DNA of 16,350 nt from NCBI GenBank assembly GCA_965233585.1, contig CBDDTI010000251.1:1-16350 (forward strand), read 5' to 3'. Of the stretch, positions 9,752 to 16,350 are shown piece after piece; position 1 is the first letter of the stretch; each line of letters starts with the position of its first letter. A program made the position numbers and the translations under genes. The notes beneath the pieces were generated by a model, which saw nothing but the letters and a program-made list of their open reading frames with translations, was not told where the DNA came from and made no database searches. Source of the DNA: a bacterium (GTDB lineage Bacteria > SAR324 > NAC60-12).

Positions 9752-10494
9752 ATACCCTATTAGCCAAGTCATTAGCCTGGTCCCAAAGGTTTTTCTTGAT
9801 TTTTGCTCTTCTCGCACAAGCGCTGATAAAAAGAAAAAGTCCACTTGTAAAAATAATCAATTTACTTTCGGCATGTAAGGTTAGCTCACTAACTACATCC
9901 TTGAAATCTATATTAAATAAAAACATTTGTTGGGTTTTTCAACGGCCATTAGCATGCATGAATGACCCGAGAGCAAGCAAATCTGCACGCAAACAAATTA
10001 TTTCTGTACGTATTCATCTAGGGGCTATGGACTGAACAAGACTTAAATGTCTTAAAAACCTTATAATAAGGTAATTGGTTGTAAGTTTTATAGAATTAAG
10101 TATTGTTCAGTCCATTCATATTAGCAGTGCAAACAAGGAACTGAAACATTTCCTATAGCTCACTGTTCAACTGTTTATAGTTAATACACTAGGCAAACTA
10201 TTAAAAGCATTAAGCGATATGAATTGACAAATGTTTTACATCACAAGATTAGATCACATGACTGTACTTGGCATTCTCTTCCACAAAATCTTGATGTAAG
10301 TTATAACTGCACTCTCTAGTGGTCAGGTGTAAAAACTGGTCGTTTCTGTTACATTATTTAATTTGAGGTTGAAGTGAAAATGAAATTCACATTCAAGAAT
10401 CAAAATACTACAAAGATTTAGTTTATATCTATGCTTGGTATCATTAATTTTATTTTGCATAATTAAATAAATCTGATTATTCTTTATAAACAAT

Positions 10495-10652
10495 TTAATT
10501 TCGGGCTAGCTCCTCAGACATGTTGGGGCTTCAGACTGAACAAGACTTAAACGTCTTAATTTCAGGCTAGCTCCTCAGACCTTCAGGCTAGTAACCTCAA
10601 GTAACAGCTTGTCCAAAGGGCAACCTTGACTTTGCATTTTCGCCTCACCCTG
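10495..10652. mobile_element. Orphan right end of a related CAGGG-type MITE carrying a duplication and templated insert
   Basis: Ends ...TTTTCGCCTCACCCTG with repeated GGCTAG motifs and CTTGTCCAAAGGGCAA. A 25-bp direct repeat lies at 10495-10519 and 10556-10580. Confidence 0.5.
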
Positions 10653-11489
10653 CCCTTAAAGGGGTCATAAAACAAGCTATTATGACAACGTTTTTGGACT
10701 CGCAGCTTATTGAAAACATGCTGAATTGTTTCTTGCACCGTGCAAAAACATTAATATGCTGATCTCCAAATTTGTAAAGATAAGACTCCCGATAACTTAT
10801 TAAATTAAATATCTAACCTCCAAGTTAGTTGGCCTTAAATGAAGGGTGAGGAAAAATCACAGTGTGATTTTTGGAGTAAACTTGTGCAGGAAAATTAAAA
10901 ACTTTGATTGTGTGGGTAATTGTGCGAGATTATTGACGAGCCAATGTTCTTGCCAAGTCCTAAGGAAAATCTGCATTGACAATAGTGCTGTCAAACGTAT
11001 TTCACTATTAGTTCAAATATACTTAGCAGGCTTAGCAATGGCCAATTCTTTTGAAAAAGCTGTGTCTGACTGCTAAAGAAAATCATGTTGCATGACACGA
11101 ACTATACAAGTGACACCAAAATTAATAGCAAAACGGACTTCCGCATCTTCGCTTATAAATGAGCTCCTTTTTAAAAATACTCTTGCCGTGATTCAGTTAA
11201 AATATGTAGCTTGCTTATTTCTTCCCAAACTGCATTAAGAGTCACAAATTCTCACAAGTTATTTTCATAAAACACAACTTGAAATTTTGTGCAAATTATG
11301 TGCAATGTAATTTGATTCCTTGCTATTACACTTTTGTTTCGTGAAGGAGTTTATCATGTTTTGTCTTGGTTCTCTTGATTATTCGCTCTTAAGAGTAGTT
11401 ATAACTGTTAACAAGGGTTGAAGATCACAACATGGCAGATATGGCTGCACAATTCACTCGGATCATCACAACCAGTAAACAAACTCCGA

Positions 11490-11757
11490 ACTGTTGGCTG
11501 AACTGCTAGCAGAGGGGCAGCCGCGCCAGAAAGTGTTTTTAAAATCATTATGAGGCCAACAAGCGACTGTCGATGCTCTGATGGGCAACAAACACTGTCT
11601 AACGATTAGGCGCTTACGGACGCACTCTGATTGGCAACGAAAACTATTAGAAGATGAGGTCTACATGAACAGGAATCAAAAAGGGTTATAGACAGACGTA
11701 CTTACACAGATGATAGTATTAGTGGCTACACCTCCTTGAGGCAGGTAGCCACAAAAA
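11490..11757 (-). mobile_element. Helentron/DINE-1-like (HINE) element; left boundary uncertain
   Basis: Read on the minus strand: T5, hairpin GTGGCTAC...GTAGCCAC (11722-11752), a short GTCTGTC-like tract (~11691-11710), then two diverged units at a 49-bp period (CTCTGAT(G/T)GGCAAC at 11576 and 11625). Confidence 0.45.
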
Positions 11758-11863
11758 TGGATATATCTGATACATCTCATTCAACTTACACAAATATTAT
11801 TGCCAAAATATACCAGTTTCTGGAAGCATCATTTAAGCCCATTTAAACAGGGAGTGATCCTAT

Positions 11864-12537
11864 ATAACAACGCTGAGGTGTTCAGCCTGTCAATCACAAA
11901 TCTCAACGGACAACCAATGCTCCCTTTTGATTGGCTTATTCACTCAAGTCTAATTTTAGCAAGTTGCCGAGTTGCCGAGTTGTTGTTTTTGTGCTGGTTT
12001 TCTGCGGTTGAGAAATAAATTTGAAAACTAAAATTCGTAAAAAAAAAACAAACAGACTGCGAAGGTTATATATTTTATGTACGATAATATGGTTATTCTT
12101 CTGCGAGTTATCTAAAAGAGATTTCGTAAGATCAACATTAATTAGCTGCTGTTGTACTCTTGCAGCTAAAATTCAGTCGACCTTTTATGAGCACAATCAG
12201 TTTTAAGGCTTTGAGTCTTCCATTTCTTTTCTAACGTCATTATTAAGGCGAAATCTCACTTTGCCATTTTTCACATTCTGTTGTTTCTTCGTAGTACTCG
12301 TTGTTTCCAATTTCTTTGCACTGAATATGGAACAGTTTGAGGAATAACTCAGTGTTGTTCAATTTGCATTTTGTTTGCACCATCATGACGGTCATAAACC
12401 TGAATAATTTTAAATATCCCACCAAAATCCGTCTGTGTTCACAGGCTAATTAAAATCACTTCTTACCAGATTTCGTTTCGTTCTCAGCATGCTGAGATAA
12501 ATGGAAACAGATAACTCGCAGCTATCAGAGTTGTTAT
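11864..12537. mobile_element. Non-autonomous element with terminal plus internal inverted repeats
   Basis: ATAACAACGCTGA (11864-11876) / TCAGAGTTGTTAT (12525-12537). Perfect IR CTGCGAGTTATCT (12101-12113) / AGATAACTCGCAG (12509-12521). Perfect 16-bp palindrome TCTCAGCATGCTGAGA (12482-12497). Confidence 0.55.
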
Positions 12538-13004
12538 TTTAGTTAGCGGCGAAATTTGAATGTTCCACGTGCAGCGACGACGAAGATAATTCATCGTTTT
12601 TGGTCTTCCAAAGCCATCATCTAAAGTGTTAATGTTGGTTTTATTTTCACAGTATTTTTTTCATTTATCTTGTATCATTCTACCTAAATGACTCCGTTGG
12701 TTTTACGAAAAAATCGCTTTTTCTCCACGACTTCTATGTTATTCTGACTTTCCACCATTGCACAGGAAGCCAACAAAGTGCTTCGAGGGGCCGTGTCCTT
12801 GCCTTTTATAGGATCGCTCCGTGTTTAAAGTTGCAAAAATTGTTGGCTATTTTAGACCACTTATTTTTATAAGGGGCCAAAATCATGACATGGTGTCCTC
12901 AAATATCAAGAAATAATAATTGACAGCTGGCCAACAGATGGCTAACAATATGTTAAGGAACTGGTCTTCACTTTTACCAATCATGTATTGTTGTTTCATT
13001 AAAG

Positions 13005-13133
13005 GATGCTGGAGTTGGCAAGGAACATCACAAGAGAGCATGGATTTGGCAAGAGCAGTAAAAGGACAACAGGCCAGACATAAAGGGTTGTGCCCAGCAA
13101 TTGAAGCAGGACCAAATGACAAGATGGTTTCTG
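13005..13133 (+). CDS. Candidate isolated 129-bp internal exon, product unknown
   Basis: Acceptor ttgttgtttcattaaAG at 13004 and donor G|GTAAAT at 13134. Length is divisible by 3 and one frame is open (phase 1-1): CWSWQGTSQESMDLARAVKGQQARHKGLCPAIEAGPNDKMVS. No recognisable homology. Confidence 0.25.
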
Positions 13134-13689
13134 GTAAATTTATTGTAAGGCAGTAATTGAAAGTCGGAAATTTACATCTTTAAAAAATAATAATTTATTA
13201 TGTTATTGGTAACTAGGGGTACAACATGTGGCATGAACTGCTTGCAAGGCTAACATTTTTTTCTGATTTTCTTGTGATTAGCAAAGTTTTCAGAATACCA
13301 GAACTGAAATTTTTTTAAGGTAAAGCCAAATAATCTTTCTTCATATTATATGCAAACATGAAAATGCAATCTAGTTGTTATAAGAAATGTTCATGTTACT
13401 TTGAGCTTTGTTTACATCGTTTCCTTGTTTAATTTAAGAGTTGTTAATTATAGATTCTACATTTTCCCCTAAAAAGTCCTGAGGCCGTACATTACAAACT
13501 TAGTTTAAAATGTCAAAGCACAAAGTTAAGTCTTGCAAAATGTTCATGCTACACAAATGCACTGATCAGTAAGCTCACCAAATACTCAAAAAAGTTATTA
13601 ACAGAAAAATACTATTTTTCTTAAACTTACATGTAGATGTACCAAATTTGATTTATTTAGTTTTGTAGCTATTTTACCTTTTAATTATT

Positions 13690-14213
13690 GGCCCAGCCCG
13701 GGAGGCCTTTGAACGTGGGGTACAGCTGGCCCGGGGTTTTCCTCCTAGGGGCAAGTGGACGCACGGGGAGGTTTTTCACCCAGCTGTTGTTCCACAACCC
13801 CCGTTCAAGTTAGTTACTTATTTCAGTTAAGCTTGATAGCCTTTTGCTAGGTTCTTCAAGCTGGATTGCATTGGTGTGGTGGGAATGTAAGAAAATACAC
13901 TGCACAGTTTACAGTAACTAACTTTTTACAACAAACACTTCTCAACTGATTCAACATTACACATCAAGCACTAGTTGCATCTTACAAATGACTTATTTAT
14001 GACCTCGAAAATCCAACGAAACAAACTGTTAACTTCAAACAAAACAATCACAGATTTGACTAACAATCACTGAAACCAACAACTGACCAAATCCACAGCT
14101 AACTAACTGTGTACCCTGACTGTCAATAGCCACACTTGAAACTGACCAGTCAGCTTTAAGGACCAGACTTATCACCCCCAACTGACCAACAATTTCTTAC
14201 CTAACTCTGAAGA
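13690..14213 (+). mobile_element. Probable Penelope-derived non-coding fragment truncated at the hammerhead core
   Basis: GC-rich stem-loop start, then a strongly A/C-skewed tract with repeated ACTGACCA, ending CTAACTCTGAAGA (14201-14213). This resembles the run-up to the CTGAnGA hammerhead motif in cnidarian PLE terminal repeats. No intact stem II-GAAA follows. Confidence 0.4.
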
Positions 14214-14954
14214 CTGGCTCTATGCTTCACAGGAACTTGGAAAAAAGACAAAAGAAAAGCACCAACAACAAAAAACATTTTACTTCCTTATGGGAGTGAC
14301 TTAGACTACCACAACAAAATGAACACATTTGGTGATGGCAAACATACAGTACTTACAAAGACCTGACCTGACACGTGTTCTTTGAACATAAACTTAACAG
14401 TCAAAAAACTAACGAAAAGACTGCCATTGACATTCACATCTACTACCAAGACAATAGGGATCACAACAGCATACCTTAAGACACTACCAAAACTGCGCAA
14501 ATCACATACCAATGCAACCCACCACCTCATTATGTTAATACTATTGTTGGGTGTGTGTGCCACCAATGTTCAAACAAGTTTCTGTTCTGAGAATAAAATT
14601 GTCTGTATAGCTGGTTTGGAACTGAACAGCGAACTAGCTGTGTGTGATTAATTGGTTCATCGATTGGATTTAGAGTGTTATTGTATCTCATTCTCACTCT
14701 GTATGCATTAAGTACATATATTTTGTTGTTTGTTGTAAGGTCCATGGAGACGGCAATATTTTGACAGCTTACAGTTAGTTTTCATTGTCTTTATCTTGAG
14801 AAAATCTTTCTTTAGAAGTTTTATTTCAGTTGTTAATAGTAACTCTGAACATTGTCATGTACAGAACACGTATTCTCATGAACTTTTTTGCAAACACTTT
14901 TCCAAGGACTCTAAAGTTCCTTAAAGACCAATTATTAATGAAGAAAGAAAAATA

Positions 14955-15109
14955 TAAATACGTTATTTGTCAGCCTAGTTCAGTCAGTATAGGGAAAAAC
15001 TGTACAAGATGTCTTGAGTCGGCCCAAGGCCTTGGGCCACAGGTTGTGCTCAACATGGCCTCTGCCACAGTTTTGCCCATACAGTCCTCCTGGCCAGCAA
15101 ATAATATAT
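14955..15109. mobile_element. Diverged ~150-bp palindromic interspersed element
   Basis: Nested IR words TTATTTG/CAAATAA, GGG(A/C)AAAACTGT/ACAGTTTTGCCC and TTGAG/CTCAA, with a near-central perfect 18-bp palindrome GGCCCAAGGCCTTGGGCC (15021-15038). Confidence 0.7.
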
Positions 15110-15211
15110 CCCTTTTAAACCAATTTTTTCTGTTGAATGCATATTAGTGACAGAACTACATGCAGCAGCAAAAATTCTGACTCCAATCAATGAAACGTTT
15201 AATCAAGAAAT

Positions 15212-15251
15212 TATAGTATAGTATAGTATAGTATAGTATAGTATAGTATAG
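15212..15251. repeat. (TATAG)8 pentanucleotide microsatellite
   Basis: Eight perfect TATAG units. Confidence 0.97.
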
Positions 15252-15368
15252 TGTCCAATTATTTGGATTATTTGATTCCATTGTCAAATCTTACTCTTGC
15301 ACTTGTTTGTTCAATATGAATGAGGGTTGAAGGTCTCAACACAAGTCTTGAACAGAGCTTATGCATGC

Positions 15369-15591
15369 CAGGGCTCGATATTAATGCTTGCAAGCTCGCA
15401 AAATGCGAGTGCTTTTGATAATCTACAAGTGAGTAAAATATCAACTAGCAAACATTTATGAGTTTGAATTGTCCATGTCTACCAAACACTTAGAAATAAT
15501 TTGTTAGTGATCGCACCAGTTTGCTAGTGGAAAAAAATCTTACTAGGCCAATAGCAAAACTTTGCAAGTGAACTAAAATCTTCGAGCCCTG
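15369..15591. mobile_element. 223-bp MITE with CAGGGCTCGA TIRs and 5-bp TSD (hAT5-like)
   Basis: CAGGGCTCGA (15369-15378) / TCGAGCCCTG (15582-15591), with CATGC on both sides (15364-15368 and 15592-15596). Subterminal CTCGCA/TGCGAG and CTAGCA-like motifs. Confidence 0.8.
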
Positions 15592-16350
15592 CATGCAGTA
15601 CTGTTGCTCCAAGACAAGGTCATTGATTAATTTTCAGAATTTTGGTAATAATTAGAAAATACAAAATTGGCGATTCTGAGATTGGATGGCCTCAGCACAG
15701 TTGGCATGAATGTGCACAGGACACCCAATTTGTCCTTGGCATTTTTACTCTGGGATGATGGTTTGATACAGGCTAAGGAAAAGGGAAGCAGTTAGTTCTC
15801 ATTATAATTGCATGTTCACAAGATAGTCAAAAATGTTTTTCATTCACAGTTGAATTTCACTGCCTGGGTAAGCTGAAGTCATTTTACATTCCATGTTCAG
15901 TTGTCATGACAACAGGTTGTGAGGTGAAAAATGACATCTGTTCACTATCAGGCTTCAAAATGCAGCATTTCATTTTAGCAAGTTATTATAATTCTACTTT
16001 GTTTATATTAAGTAAAAGTGGATCTGCAAGCTCATTAGCAGAACTATCACTAAAGAAGTGAAAAGTACTTATTTTTGACACTAGAAACATAGTTGCAACT
16101 GTGAGCAAGGTACATATACATTTGTACTATTAATCTTTGCCACTCAATTTTTTCACTTTCATGACTGTGTTTATTGCTTTGAAGACATCAGAATTTTCAT
16201 TAATAGACAATTTTAAGCCTTAACCTCAAAAAATACCACTTCCTTGTGGAAATGTTTTAGAGTGGCAATGATATGAAAACAAGAAAAAAAGAAAACAAGA
16301 TAGAGAAGAGCTATTTAAAATTAAGCAAAATTTGATTTTAGGTACTTATA

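Larger units (their letters stand above)
8922..9998. mobile_element. TA-flanked element with ~155-bp terminal inverted repeats
   Basis: 8922-9077 and 9840-9998 are diverged reverse complements (tgcttgctctcgggtcattcatgcatgc / gcatgcatgaatgacccgagagcaagca). TA lies at 8920-8921 and 9999-10000, with a single TA at the equivalent site 7980-7981. Confidence 0.65.
7936..10044. mobile_element. Old inverted-repeat element whose right arm is split by an insertion
   Basis: 7980-8040 is the inverted homolog of 8861-8921 (tactactgaaacaggtag / ctacctgtttcagtagta). 7936-7980 is the inverted homolog of 10000-10044 (aagtcttgttcagtc / gactgaacaagactt). Confidence 0.6.

Noticed and set aside
11722..11757. Rho-independent terminator
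   Set aside because: Eukaryotic context with no upstream gene; better explained as a transposon end.
13690..13810. HDV-like ribozyme or tRNA-derived SINE head
   Set aside because: I could not fit the nested double pseudoknot or a cloverleaf with A and B boxes by eye.
14207..14250. Functional hammerhead ribozyme
   Set aside because: CTGAAGA is present, but I cannot build a convincing stem II followed by GAAA and a stem III.
14382..14651. Hydrophobic stretch MLILLLG as a 2A-like or signal peptide of a LINE
   Set aside because: It lacks the DxExNPGP motif and no endonuclease or RT sequence follows.
14830..15147. 105-aa ORF as a gene
   Set aside because: It crosses a palindromic repeat, has a non-ATG start and shows no homology cue.

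Overview
AT-rich, essentially non-coding eukaryotic DNA. The repeat types suggest a cnidarian, probably a stony coral; this is an inference from recalled motifs, not a database result. I found no intact protein-coding gene, RNA gene or CRISPR array, and I cannot honestly claim a new protein-based system. The window is a dense cluster of non-autonomous, mostly palindromic transposon derivatives. The dominant feature is a young 2436-bp foldback element (4523-6958). It has TAT..ATA termini and a 6-bp CTTAAG target-site duplication (IS3EU-type signature), ~1-kb inverted arms around a 174-bp spacer, 20-bp CCAAT-containing minisatellites, and a mosaic 322-bp tandem duplication in the right arm only. 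A second complex (7936-10115) is a nest of inverted-repeat elements in which an empty insertion site appears to survive in the opposite arm. Also present: a 36-bp templated insertion, a 5-bp-TSD CAGGG MITE, two Helentron/DINE-1-like ends, several short palindromic elements, Penelope-like relics, a (TATAG)8 microsatellite and a few weak candidate exons. All alignments were done by eye, so identities are approximate.
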